DNA of 64,000 nucleotides from Squalus acanthias (Eukaryota), in the NCBI GenBank assembly GCA_030390025.1, contig CM059432.1:55492001-55556000 (forward strand). Reading direction: 5' to 3'. The position numbers and the translations under genes were made by a program. Numbering within the stretch: the first letter of the stretch is position 1; every line of letters starts with the position of its first letter. Below the pieces are notes generated by a model that did not search any database, was not told the DNA's origin, and saw only the letters and a list, made by a program, of their open reading frames with translations. Below are positions 25,336 through 38,599 of the stretch, in pieces.

Positions 25336-27176
25336 TTCAGAATAGTGGCTTGGAGAAGCTGCTGAGCCCAACAGTTTGATAATAATCAAGTTGACAGATG
25401 AATTGTCGATGACGAGCTGCACCCATTCCCACCAATGAACTATCAATCCTGGGACTTGGATTAAACACCATAAAAGAATAAAAAATGACCCACTTCTCTC
25501 ATCAGCACAGACTCAGTTAATATTTAAAGTCTTAGCCCTAAGTATTTTTGCCAGATCTGATAAGCCCAGACCAAGTTGGGTTCATCCAAAAAAAGCAATT
25601 TCTTTAGTTTATACCATATATTCCAATGTGTGAGTCACATCTTGAATTATATTTGTTTCCCTGGCAAGTTTAGACGAGTGTCTTGTATAACTGGTTGGCT
25701 GCCGATAGCCCAGATATCTTCAAACCGGTCTGACTGCATTGGAAGTAGGGCCCCCCCTCCTCCCCTCGGGTTTAAAGTCAAGACAGAAAGAGAGGTCCAT
25801 TCAGCAGATGCCCAGTTGAGGTGGGGATAGAAACAGAGCAACACAAATAATAATTCATTAAAACTGCATCTTCAAAAAGTCTTCTTTGTTCTTCCAGACA
25901 TCCACTACAGCAAGAATCATAAAACCAGCATTTCTTCTCAAACTCTTGGTCCACATCATATCTGATGATATCAAAGAGATTTATGCCCACTTTTAAAAAA
26001 AGTTCCAGCTGCAGTGCCAGAAAAAATTTCACGTGGAAAAATACCTCAAAGTAAAATAGTAACTAAAGGTTTAATATTTACTCTTTTGTGTGCAACTCCC
26101 AACACAATTCACTGTGACCATCTCAGAATTTCTGCACTCATTTCTGTAGAAGACACGCTTGCGTGAACAGGCTTTCCCAGAAATACAATCCAAACTCCTT
26201 TGAAGTTATATGAAACAAAAATCTGCATTTCCTTAACAATATTAAATGTACAGTCAAACTTTGACTATGACATACAATAGTTGCCATGCAATGTGAAATC
26301 TAGAGCCAGTTATCTCAATTAGCCCTGTAGACTCCTTAATGTGTTCCTCCCAATAATTCGCACTTTATTAAATCTACCACAGCCCACCTTCCCGGTCGTT
26401 GAGCTCATGGCTTTTCCTCTGAGAAATACCCTGTATAACTGGCTATTTACCCCTCACATGCTGTTTCTAGCAAGAGAGAATACAAATGAAGCTCCAATCT
26501 ATGTGCCGGTTGTGAATATTTCTTGACAACCTAGCTGGTATGAAATTCCTGGCACAAATCTAGCTACTGAACAGTGGTACTAACCCACTTGTGGGTACGT
26601 TGGTGTAATGATTATGGTACTGGACTATTGGTCATGAGTTTAAATACCACCATGACAAGTTATGAAACTGAATTCAATGGCCTAGAACTTGGGCCTCATT
26701 GTGCCTGGTTTATGGGCATAAAACAGGTCCAGCGAGGCTCAATTTCGGGGACTAACATCCTGCACCTCAAGAACACCTGAAAAACGTCCCACTCGAAATT
26801 GAGTCGGGTCATTTTTAAGGTGTCACGGGTGGCCGCCTAAAGGAAAAAAGAAAGACTTTAATTTATAGGCAAAACAGGCGTTACAGCCACCTTGCATATG
26901 TAAATGAGGGGCCCAGCGCTTGTTTTAGGCCCCCTCACCGAAATTGGTCTGACTATCGTTCTCCCTCATTAGCCCTGGTAATCCCATAAACTCAAATCCA
27001 AACAAATGATTGAAGGCTTGGCCAATAATTGGGTAAACAAGTTTTCCTTAGTTTGGAGGAAATTACTCAAACCTTCCTCAAACAATTCAATGGTTTTTCT
27101 TGACATGAACAACAATTTGCATATCCTGAAAGTTAAAAAAAAAAGTAAATAACATATATCTGATTGAAATACTTAC

Positions 27177-27305
27177 CAAAGGGGGAGGTTTTGAAATGAG
27201 ATGCCAAAATACTGACTTTTCCTGTAATCAGTTCATAACTGATTTCCTTCAGGAACTCATTTGTGGTGAGCATGCTCTCTGCCAGCACTCTGGATTGATA
27301 GTGAC
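27177..27305 (-). CDS. GREB1L: GREB1L exon I (129 nt, phase 1-1)
   Basis: [43 protein letters not shown]; cag| and |gtaagt. Confidence 0.96.
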
Positions 27306-28062
27306 CTGAAGAAAACAAACTGATTTATTCATTGCTATGACACGGCAGACAATTGTTTACTGCTGAAATCAGTAACACTCTATAAAATATGCAGTTCAAG
27401 TTTTTAAAATTGTTATTTTAAGTTCAGTACTGGATGAGATATTCAATTGGAAGGTTAAACAAGATAGAAATTGAAAAAGTTTTGACGATCTGGATTTGCA
27501 AAATTTAATTCTTTACAAACATCTTTTGTATTTTTGCCGAACTTTTTTTTAACAGTGTGGTAATGATGTCAGTGATACAGAACAGTGACTTGGAGAAGTT
27601 GCTGAGCCTAACAGTTTGAAGCAGACAAATTAAGATCAGCAGAGATTCACAATGGGACTGCTCTATGTGCATCCATTAGGAGTAACCCCCATGCAATTTG
27701 CCTTGTAAAGGGTGTGCAGAGGTTCTTCTCCTTACAAGGCAGGCCAGAAAATCACAGAGACAGCAGATACACAGAGCAACTGGGTCCCTGCTGGCTTCTG
27801 GTAGGTTCCATCAATCTCTCGTCAGAATTCCTGTGAGAGTTCGGCAGAACCCCCGAAGAAATCCAGGGTGGGGATGTTTAAAACTATTTATTATACATTT
27901 AAACCATTTGATTTTTAAAAGGGTCCTAATGGCAAACTTCTCAGTGGTGTTTTATTAGTGTGCTGCTGACACTCCAGCTGGTATGATGGAAGTCGAAGGT
28001 ATAATTTTGCAAGACTCTGTTGTTGCCATGGAACCCCATTTATGGCACACATGGTTTGGAGA

Positions 28063-28773
28063 ATCGCAGCATTACCATCACCGAATCCCCCACCATCAAC
28101 ATCCTGGGGGTAACCATTGACCAGAAACTTAACTGGACCAGCCACATAAATACTGTGGCAACAAGAGCAGGTCAGAGGCTAGGTATTCTGCAGCGAGTGT
28201 CTCACCTCCTGACTCCCCAAAGCCTTTCCACCATCTACAGGCACAAGTCAGGAGTGTGATGGAATACTCTCCACTTGCCTGGATGAGTACAGCTCCAACA
28301 ACACTCAAGAAGCTCGACACCATCCAGGACAAAGTAGCCTGCTTGATTGGCACCCCATCGACCACCTTAACCATTCACTCCCTCCACCACCGGCGCACCG
28401 TGGCTGCAGTGTGTACCATCTACAAGATGCACTGCAGCAACTCGCCAAGGCTTCTTCGGCAGCACCTCCCAAACCTGCGACCTCTACCACCTAGAAGGAC
28501 AAGGGCAGCAGGCACGTGGGAAAACCATCACCTGCAAGTTTCCCTCCAAGTTACACACCATCCTGACTTGGAAATATATTGCCGTTCCTTCATCGTCGAT
28601 GGGTCAAAATCTGGAACTCCCTCCCTAACAGGACTGTGGGAGTACCTTCACCACACGGACTGCAAGGATTCAAGAAGGCGGCTCATCACCACCTTCTCGA
28701 GGGCAATTAGGGATGGGCAATAAATGCTGACCTTGCCAGCGACGCCCACATCTGAGGAACGAATGAAAAAAAA
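28063..28773 (+). mobile_element. CR1-group (Zenon/Crack-like) LINE 3' fragment
   Basis: ILGVTIDQKLNWTSHI, MEYSPLAW, SLHHRRTVAAVCTIYKMH; A-rich tail; same family at 54410-54740 (-) and 58170-58232 (-). Confidence 0.8.
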
Positions 28774-28949
28774 GGTATTGTAGCCCTTTCACTGACCTAT
28801 AGTCACCACCCTCTGCGCTAGCAACAGAATCTCACAAAATTACCCCCTAAATGTGCATTATGGCAGATCAAAGGCATCATCAACAATTTTTAAAACTGAC
28901 TGCAGATCATATGTTCCATACTTCCACCTGACTGAGATGAAATGATTAA

Positions 28950-29168
28950 AGAAGAACTTCAGTTCAGGACTGAGCTACTTTGAAGGCACAGTGGTGCTGC
29001 CCACTGGAGGATAGGGTTGATTTTATGAAATCACACTCTCAGCGGGAAACTCTGCCTTCAAGGAGGTCCTATCGGAAAATCACAGGCTATTTCATAAAAA
29101 CTGCCCTTATGTATTAGTCCTCCAATGTGCATCATCAAAGTAGCTCAATATTAAACTGAAGTTCTCCT
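28950..29168. mobile_element. Kolobok/T2-like palindromic MITE
   Basis: TTAA|agaagaacttcagtt ... aactgaagttctcct|TCAA; arms continue with tgagctactttga / tcaaagtagctca. Confidence 0.6.
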
Positions 29169-29829
29169 TCAATCATGGCAAATTGTGGAGAGCACTGCAC
29201 TGGGAGCACCACAGAGGGAATACTGCACTGGGAGCACACGTGCATAAAATTGGCCTTATACGGTTAGGATCAGATTTGATTCCCCACTCGTTTTAGCCCA
29301 TTCTCCAAATGATTGCACCTGTCACTTAACCATGAGCTGCCTGGGAAACAGTATCAAACTGAAGGTGGACATGCACTTCTGCAGCCTGCTCAGTTCGGCC
29401 ACATGCAAAGCGAGAATCAAAATAATGGTTTCTTATTTTTCTTTTGTGAATTTTGTGTTCAACAAGGTCTGAGATGCTGCCGCAGAATGGGTATCAGGTC
29501 AGATATCGCCCCCAACAACATGCTTCGGCCCCAACTTCAAAACACCCACTTCTGCACAATGTGACATTTTTTCATAAGCCTCTCTGAGTGAGATTACTTA
29601 ATTAATACCAAATTAGAGGCAATCTTGTGTTCTGGGCTCTTACCCATTCGGAATTGGATTGAGACTGCCCAAACTCATCTTACATAGCATAAATAAACAG
29701 TGAAAGGAAGCGGAAACAGCAGAATTATCTAAAGAAATCATGGAGGAAGGTGACAGGAAAGGAAAATGGAAAGGAAAGAGAGTGGCAAAATTGAAATTGT
29801 CAAATAAATAGTATAAATATAAAGGAAAG

Positions 29830-30050
29830 GAAAGGCTTGCATTTATATAGCGCCTTTCACGACCTCAGGACGTCCCAAAGTGCTTTACAGCCAATGAAGT
29901 ACTTTTAAAGTGCAGTCACTGTTGTAATGTAGGAAACCACGGCAGCCAATTTGCGCACAGCAAGCTCCCACAAACATTCATGAAATAAATGACCAAATAA
30001 TCAGCTTTTTTAGTGATGCTGGTTGAGGGATAGATATTCGCCAGGACACA
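29830..30050 (-). mobile_element. DeuSINE/SacSINE1-like SINE 3' part
   Basis: Same Deu-domain end and L2-like tail as 19455-19670 and 48789-48882. Confidence 0.75.
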
Positions 30051-31177
30051 ACATTTTTGACAGGAGTGAGTCTCAGAAAAAAAAAATGTCAACAATATTG
30101 CCAGATATACATGAATAGCTGGGAACATCAACAAAACTAGGACACCCCGCACAACTCAGACTAGTTGACAGGTAGGTAAATAAGTGTCCCTGATTTCTGT
30201 GGACTCTGTGCCTGATTGGCTGTTTCAGAGGTTGAGTGGTGTGGTTTGGATAACAATTAGTGCTGCAAAAAACTACTATGGTAGACTTTCCTCTTTGCTT
30301 CACTTGGGGCACACTCAGTTCCCAGGCGCAGCAAGGAGGAAATGGGAGAAGAAGCCCGGCATTGACATACAGATAAAGCAGGAGGGGGTGTTCCTGCCCC
30401 ACTTTCCTGTGCACCTGCTCATGGGGTATGCAAACAGAGGGGTATCCCAAGAAGCTGGTAATAGGGGTTACGTTGAGACCCTCCAGAAACTAGAAAATCT
30501 GCATGGATCCCGGAAACACCCCAAAAATCCAAGATGGTTGCAGGTAGGTGGCTGTTTCCTCCCAGCAGGACCTTCAGGCTATAGTGCCTTGACAGAATGC
30601 TGCTGGCCAGGAGCGCAGCTACCAGCCTCTCAGACCTGCATCTCAACCCATTTCCGCCCTTCCAGAGGGCAGTGCAGTCCTAGGAGGACATCTGGTAAAT
30701 TGCCTGAGCCAGGAAATTCAGCTGCACTGCTCCATGTGCAAGGGCAGCACCTCCAGTATGCCGAGTCTGTCAAGTGCCCTGCAGACGGACCAAGAGGAAA
30801 GTGAGCCCTATTATTTCAACAGCCTCATATTCAACTCACTATCTGAGCAATTATATTGTACAACCAAGACCTGTGTCAAATGTCTAGCTAGCAGCTGAAG
30901 ATCTGAAATGCTGCACAGTGTCAGCACCCATTTTTGCTAACAAGCCTCCTGTAAATCAGACAATCGACAATTTAGATGAAATGGCTGGCTAGATGACAAA
31001 TCAATTATCTTTAATAAATACAAAAAATGCTTTGAATAATTAACATGTCAATAACAACACTGTAATCCCAAGGTAAGTATTTTAATAAGGAATTATTTGT
31101 CACTGTTGTCATGCTTAGCACCAGTTTACATTTTATTTTAACTGGATAATTTCAAACAAATCTGAAATTCTACTTAC

Positions 31178-31504
31178 CTAAAACCACCACACAGAACTCA
31201 TTGCCTCTCATCTTTGATGTACAAATGACTACCACGTAGTTAGGTACTTTCTGTTGTAGATGTACATCACCAAATGTCCTTAAGGTCTCTGAAATGCCTT
31301 CTGCCAGGGAGTTCTGGGTAAAAACAACTTGCACCAAATCTCGTGAAACACTGGCAGCAAGCCGAGCTAGCCAGGGTAGTTGTCCTGGAGACACAGTGGA
31401 ACAAGGGCCTCCCAGTTGTAAGGATCTGTCTTTAAGGCTCGAGTCCTGTATTGCTTTCAGCATAATCTGTTCAAACTCTTCCCTGAGAGGCATCTGGTCT
31501 GGAC
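31178..31504 (-). CDS. GREB1L: GREB1L exon H (327 nt, phase 1-1)
   Basis: [18 protein letters not shown]...[10 protein letters not shown]...[10 protein letters not shown]; cag| and |gtaagt. Confidence 0.96.
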
Positions 31505-31587
31505 CTGAAATAAGCAAATATACCACCATTACTGAAGTATGAAATACACAAGTGTAGCCAGATAACACAACTATAGTTAGAGACAAT

Positions 31588-33130
31588 GGGCTAGAAATTC
31601 ATTATAGCCCAGGAATGAGCGGTATCATCAGAAAAGTTTGAGAATTAGCACCAGGCGCGAATGCTTTAGACTGCACGCAGAATTAATTCTCACTGCTCAA
31701 AGAAATGATTGGAGCGCTAATTCAAGTCTTAAAGGCCTAGCTCATTGGCGTTATACTTAAAGGGTGGACCAATATCGGGTGCAGTCTAATAGCAAGTCAT
31801 CATTGCCACAGGCTTTTCCCAGTACTTAAAGGGGAGGTTCATTGATACTGCAGCACCTCATTCTCAGCATTGCTGGCTGTGCAGCTGCCTCTGCAAAGAG
31901 AAGTACAACAAGGAGAAGGAGCCGGAGGACTGAAGCAGGTGTGCTCATGGTAGGTCCACCTCAGTCGGGTGGTCAGGGTGAGTCAATGCTTCAACAAATG
32001 CTACATACCACCATCTGTACCACAAGCTTCACACACTGCCCAAAGCACCAGTCCCCCAGCACTCACCCACCAACAATCTCTACCTACCAACACTCACACC
32101 CACATCTCACACCTTGTACACAATGACAGCTATTCAACTATGGAGGCACAAGGGTCATTAGTTATTAGAATGAATGTTATATGTGTGATATGCTTATGCA
32201 TAAATTTATTAATGGAGTTTGCAATTTTTTGTGGCCTCTCTCATTTCACCTTTGCACCCAGGAGGACGCTGTGATATGGCATGACACAGGGATGGTATGA
32301 TGGGGATGTGGTGAGCAAAAGGGATCGGGGTTCAAGTCATTCTGATGTGAGGCTGGAGGTCTATTTGGAGGAGGTGGCAAAGTTCTGTGACCACCACCTT
32401 GGTGATGCTGAGCTGTCTAATACACTGCTCCTCGCTTAATTGGAGGTAGTAGAAGTGCTGTCGGAATACCCTCGGAGGGTAAGGCCTCCTGGTGAGAGCC
32501 CTGATGTCCCTCCTCAACCCTCTGTGCACATGTTCCTGTATTTCTCGCTGCCTATGCTCCCTCCGCCGTAGATCCTGGAGGACGAGGTGACATGCCAGTA
32601 CAACCCCCATTAATGTTGCCAAGTGTAGCAGTTTTAATCTTTGAACAATAAATGTAGCTACTTTGTAGTATAAATGTAGCTACTTTGTAGTTGCCAGAAG
32701 ACTGCTGATACAAAGGAAGCTTGAAATTACTCATAGGAACTGTTCTAGTGGGTGAAACTGACAACAAACCACTGAAACTAACCTGCCCTGACAGCTGGGA
32801 GTGATTAATGCTGATGCCTTTAAATAATGTCGCTGGAGCCGGCTTCCTGGAGCTGCACGCCTGCTCTCCCTGTCGCTGTCTGGTAAGGTAAGGTAAGTGG
32901 TGACAATGAATTTTCCAGATCGGGCGGCCAGTGAGCGTTGCACGCTCACTGACGTCACAATCTGCCTGGCGTTGAAGTTCCCGGCGGTACCTCGTATCGG
33001 CGGCACAACGGGGAGCTAGATTTGCCATGCGTCGCTGGATTCGCCTTGCCCTGGCGCTACTGCATCAATGCCCCATTACCAGCATCTGCTGGCGCTAACA
33101 GGAGGTGCTAAGGTACCGAATTTTTCCCCC
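31588..33130 (-). mobile_element. Internally deleted Harbinger transposon with transposase N-terminus
   Basis: TIRs gggctagaaattc / gaatttttccccc; TSD AAT; 32332-32622(-) RRPYPPRVFRQHFYYLQLSEEQCIRQLSITKVVVTELCHLLQIDLQP resembles the HARBI1-type N-terminus. Confidence 0.85.
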
Positions 33131-34189
33131 AATGACTTTTCTCCTACTATATGTTGTTTTTCAATACCTGACAAAGGAGACAAGGTGGTGATAGAATGTG
33201 TTTCACGTATGATACCATGGCTTGGCTGTTCTACGCCATGGAATGGCAGGATGCAGGTTTGTGCTTGCAACTCCTTGTACAGTGAGCTAGTTCTTTTAAT
33301 TCAGTATAGACCAATGGGCTGAAAGTCTCTCTGGTAGCTGTGAGAGCCCAGCCTCGGTCCACTTTGGGTCGATAGCATGAAACTGCTCCAAATTTTACAC
33401 TAATTGGCAATGTTGCTCAGGAAGGCCACAAGGGCAGCTAGTGCAGGCAATAGAAAAAAATATACAGGTGCATTTGTGGTGCTGTACTGAAATTGGGGGT
33501 AAGGCGTGCTGGAATAGATTTTCCAGGATGGTCTGCTGATAAATGGATGTAACCACTTAAAGTAGCATATATGGAGCAAAAAAAAAATTCAGCCTTCACA
33601 AAGGATCTCAGTATATTAGAATAGATTTTTCAGTCATTAGAAAATTGCTGCATGTGCTAAAAAAATGGCTGTCGAAAACCAGTGTTAGCTTAAATAAATG
33701 CATAGCTCAACCATCCAGAAAGACCCTATCATCCAACATCAAGGTATCCATTCTCTTAAATTGAAATAAATCCAGAGTTTTTGTCTCTACCAATCTAACA
33801 GTAAGTCCACTCTTATGTTGACCATTCTCTGTGTAAAGAAGAATTATAATTATTAGTCCTAACTTTGACTTTTAGTATTTTAAAGTTGTCTTACACTCAT
33901 GGTTTAGTTTCAAGTAATTTTCCAGATCTATCAAGAGTCAAAGAAGTTTGCAGTACAGAAAGCGAGCATTTGGCCCTTCGTGCCACTGCCAGTTCTTAGC
34001 TTGAGCAATCCAAAACTAATCCCACTGTCTTGTGCCTCCCATAGCCTTGTATCTTCTTCTGCTTTAATTATTTATCCAATTTACAATTATAAGATCTCAA
34101 CCACTCTCTGTGGCAAAGTATTCCATGCTACAACAATTCCCTCTGATAAATTTAAACTGATGACCCCACATCACCTCCAAAAACTAGGA

Positions 34190-36920
34190 GGTGTAGCAGT
34201 AAAGGCGGAGACAGTAGCGATATTGGATAGGATAAACATAGATCAAGAGGTGGTACTTAAAAGGTTGGCAGTCCTCAAAGTAGAAAAGTCATCTGGTCCA
34301 GATGGGATGCATCCTAGGTTACTGAGGAAAGTAAGGGGGGAAATTGCAGGGGCTCTGGCCACAATCTTCCAATCCTCCTTGGATATGGGGTGGTGCCAGA
34401 GGACTGGAGGATTGCAAATGTTACACACCTGTTCAAAAAAGGGGGAGGGATAAACCCAGCAACTAAAGGCCAGTCAGCCTAACATCGATGGTGGGAAAAA
34501 CTTTAGAGAAAATAATCCAGGTCAAAATTAATTGGCATTTGGAAAAGAATGAGCTAATAAACGAAAGTCAGCACGGATTTGTTATAGACAAATCATGTTT
34601 GACGAACTTGATTTGAGTTCTTTGATGAAGTAATGGAGAGGGTTGATGAGGGTAGTTCAGTTGCTGTTGTGTACATGGACATTCAAAAGGCATTTGACAA
34701 AGTATTAGACTTGTTAGCAAAATTAAAGCCATGGGATAAAAGGGACAGTGGCAGCATGGATACAAAATTGGCTAAGAGATAGAAAGCAGAGAGTAGTGGT
34801 GAATGGTTGTTTTTCAGACTGGAGGGAGGTATACAGTGGTATTCACCAGGGGTCAACATTAGCACCACTGCTCTTTCTGGTATATATTAATGACCTGGAC
34901 TTGAGTATACGGGGCATAATTTCAAAGTTTGCAGATACAAAACTTGGAAATGTAGTAAAAAATGAAGAGGATAGTAACAAACTTCAGGAGGACATCGACA
35001 GACTGGTGAAATGGGCAGGCACATGGCAGATTAAATTTAACACAGAGAAGTGTGAAGTGATACATTTTGGTAGGGAGAATGAGGAGAGGCAATATGAACT
35101 AAATGGTACAATTTTAAAGGGGGTGCATGAACAGAGAGACCAGGGGGTGTATGTACACAAATCTTTGCAGGTGGCAAGACAAGTTGAGAAGGCTGTTAAA
35201 AAAGCATATCGGATCCTTGGCTTTATTAATAGACGAATAGAGCAGAAAAGCAAGGAAGTTCGGACAGAAAAGTAAAAGCCCATGGGATCCAAGGGAAAGT
35301 GGCAAATTGGATCCAAAATTGGCTCAGTGGCAAAAAGCAAAGGGTCGACGGGTGTTCTTGTGATTGGAAGGCTGTTTCCAGTGGGGTTCCGCAGGGCTCA
35401 GTACTAGGTCCCTTGCTTTTTGTGGCATATATCAATGATTTAGACTTCAATGTAGGAGGTATGATTAAGAAGTTTGCAGGTGATATAAAAATTGGCCGTG
35501 TGGTTGATAGTGAGGGAGAAAGCTGTAGACTGCAGGAAGATATCAATGGACTGGTCAGGTGGGCAGACAAGTGGCAAATGGAATTCAATCCAGAGAAGTG
35601 TGAGGTAATGCATTTGGGGAGGGCTAACAAGGCAAGGGAATACTGACAAGTGTAGAGGAACAGAGGGACCTTGGAGTGCATGCCCACAGATCCCTGAAGG
35701 TAGCAGGACAGGTAGATAAGGTGGTTAAGAAGGCATACGGAATGCTTGCCTTTATTAGACGAGGCATAGATTATAAGAGCAGGGAGGTTACGGTAGAACT
35801 GTATAAAACACTAGTTAGACTACAGCTAGAGTACTGTGTACAGTTCCGGTCACCACATTACAGGAAAGATGTGATTGCACTAGACAGGGTACAGATGAGA
35901 TTTACAAGGATGTTGCCAGGACTGGAGAATTTTAGCTATGAGGAACAATTGGATAGGCTGGGGTTGTTTTCGCTGGAACGGAGAAGGCTGAGGGGAGACC
36001 TTAATTGAGGTGTATAAAATTATGAGGGGCCTAGATAGTGGATAGAAAGGACCTATTTCCCTTAGCAGAGAGGTGAATAACCAGGGGGCATAGGTTTAAA
36101 GTAATTGGTAGAAGGATTAGAGGAGAGTTGAGAAGAACATTTTTCACCCAGAGGGTGGTGGGGGGTCTGGAACTCACTGCCTGAAAGGGTGGTAGAGGCA
36201 GAAGCCCTCATCGTATTTAAAAAGTACTTGGAAATGCACTGGAACTGCCGTAACCTACAAGGCTACGGACCAAGAGCTGGAAAGAGGGAAGGCTGGAAAG
36301 CACTTTTTCAGCAGGCACAGACATGATGGGCCGAATGGCCTCCTTCTGGGCCGTAAATTTCTATGGTTCTATGATTCTATGAAGTTATGCTAAACCTTTA
36401 TAAAACACTGGTTAGGCCTCAGCTGGAGTATTGTCTTCAATTCTGGGCACCACACTTTAGGAAGGATGTCAAGGCCTTAGCGAGGGTGAAGAAGAGATTG
36501 ACTAGAATAGTACCAGGGAAGTGGGACATCAGTTATATGGAGAGACTGGAGAAGCTGGGGTTGTTCTCCTCAGAGCAGAGAAGGTTAAGAGGAGATTTGA
36601 TAGAGGTGTTCAAAATCATGAACGGTTTTGATAGAGTAAATAAGGAGAAACTGTTTCCAGTAACAGAATGGTCGGTAACCAGAGGGCACAGATTTAAGGT
36701 GATTGGCAAAAGAACCAGAGGCGACAAGAGGAAACATTTTTTTACACAGCGAGTTGTTGTGATCTGGAATGCACTGCCTGAAAGGGTGGTGGACGCCGAA
36801 TCAATAGTAACATTCAAAAGAGAATTGGATAAATACTGGAAGGGAAATAATGTATAGGGCTAAGGGGAAAGTGCAGGGAAGTGGGATTAAGTGAATAGCT
36901 CCACCAAAGAGCCAGATAAA
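34190..36920 (+). mobile_element. CR1 LINE RT to 3' end (host of a nested CR1)
   Basis: KSSGPDGMHPRLL, QGSTLAPLLF, KFADTK; resumes at 36381 with EVMLNLYKTLVRPQLEYC. Confidence 0.9.
35261..36380 (+). mobile_element. Younger CR1 nested in CR1
   Basis: [10 protein letters not shown] through ttctatgattctat tail; TSD GAAGTT (35255-35260, 36381-36386). Confidence 0.9.
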
Positions 36921-37321
36921 GAGAGGTTTCTGCTGCAGTTACGACAGCAAAGTGGGAGAAGCTCTGAAGAAATTCACCCCGGTCTTTTTTTATGGCATCA
37001 TCCACCTGCACTCACACTTTCGGGGGATTATATATTTGAGCCCCAAGTCTCCATTCTTTCAGGCTGATCCACTACTGCGCGCTTCAGACCCCCACCAAAG
37101 TTGAAAGTTCTGCCCTCTTTTTTTACAACTAGTTCTGCTTAAGGAAGAAGGTGAGGAAATGAACAGCTACAGTACATGGGAGGTGGAATGTAATTTAGAT
37201 AGGTATGCACATGCATGTGAGCAGGTGAGGAAGGGCTAATTGTACAAACTGACCACAGTGAGCATAATTTGACAATGTCACGTGACTCCCTATTCAAAGC
37301 AACATTGGACTAATTACTAAT

Positions 37322-38361
37322 ACAAAAGAAAAATACTGTGGATGCTGGAAATCTGAAATAAAAACAGAAAATGCTGGAAATACTCAGCAGGACAAGCAGC
37401 ATCTGTGGAGATTCCCCTCTACCGTGGTTGGCATGACCCTCGACCCTGTCGGTTCCATTCCCCTCACTTCTGCTCTCACCCCTTCCCCTCCCTCCCAGAA
37501 CCATGATAGGGTTCCCCTTGTCTTCACCTTTCACCCCACCAGCCTCCACATTCAACCGATCATCCTCCGCCATTTCCGCCACCTCCAGCATGATCCCACC
37601 ACCAAACACATCTTCCCCATCTCTCCCCTTTCAGCCTTCCGAAGGGACGGTTCCCTCCGCGACACCCTGGTCCACTCCTCAATCACCCCCTCCCCTTCCC
37701 ACGGCACCTTCCCGTGCAAACACAGGAGATGCAACACCTGCCCGTTTTACCTCCTCCCTTCCCACCATCCAGGGCTCCAAACACTCCTTCCAGGTGAAAC
37801 AGTGATTTGCTTGCACTTCTTGCAATTTAGTATCCTGTATTTGCTGCTCACGGTGCGGTCTCCTCTACATCTACATACAGAAGAAGAAGATTGGGAAGAC
37901 CAAACGCAGATTGGGTGACCGCTTTGCGGAACACCTCCGTTCAGTCCGCAAGCATGACCCCGAACTTCCGGTCGACTGTCACTTTAATTCTCCACTCCAC
38001 TCCCACTCTGATCTCTCCGTCCTCGGCCTATTACACTGTTCCAACAAAGCTCAACATAAGCTCGAGGAACAGCACCTCATTTTTCTATTTGGCACTTTAC
38101 AGCCTTCTGGACTCAACATCGAGTTCAACAATTTCAGACTCTAACCTCGGGCCCCTATTTTTTCAGATGGCAGCTGTTGATGATTCTGCTATACCCATTT
38201 ACACCTCTTCTAGACCCATCTTTTGTTTCTTTACTTGTCCCATTACCATCTTTTTCCAGTTCTGACAAAAGATCATCGACCTGAAACGTCAACTCTGTTT
38301 CTCTCTCCACAGATGCTGCCTGACCAGTTGAGTATTTCCAGCATTTTCTGTTTTGATTTCA
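37322..38361 (+). mobile_element. Penelope-like retroelement, 5'-truncated, GIY-YIG endonuclease remnant with inverted partial LTR
   Basis: RVPLVFTFHP, CKHRRCNTC, LGDRFAEHLRSV, CHFNS, EQHLIF, GTLQPSGLNIEF; left end is the reverse complement of the right end; 14-bp TSD GACTAATTACTAAT. Confidence 0.92.
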
Positions 38362-38599
38362 GACTAATTACTAATTCATTTCAATATTTCAATTCTTCCT
38401 AAATCAAAGTGGCACACCACACACACAGGGATAAAAACATAGGGGCACCAAAATTCTTTGGAGTTTCCGTCGGTCTCCCACCGTAACTCCAGCCAAACCC
38501 ACAGAAAATGCTATTTAGGCGCCCTCTCCTTGACCCCACAAACTCCAGCAGGATCGGCAGTGGAGGGCATCAGCGAGCTCAATATTGGTGTTCGAGCAG

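Noticed and set aside
25640..26540. Repeat-poor intronic stretch as a cryptic exon or conserved enhancer
   Set aside because: No convincing splice pair or homology; conservation cannot be judged without alignments
27562..27608. C/D-box snoRNA (atgatg...ctga)
   Set aside because: Too short, imperfect C box, antisense to the host gene
30184..30804. 206-aa + strand ORF
   Set aside because: No recognisable domain; ends at a MITE-like terminus (aaagtgagccc), probably repeat-derived
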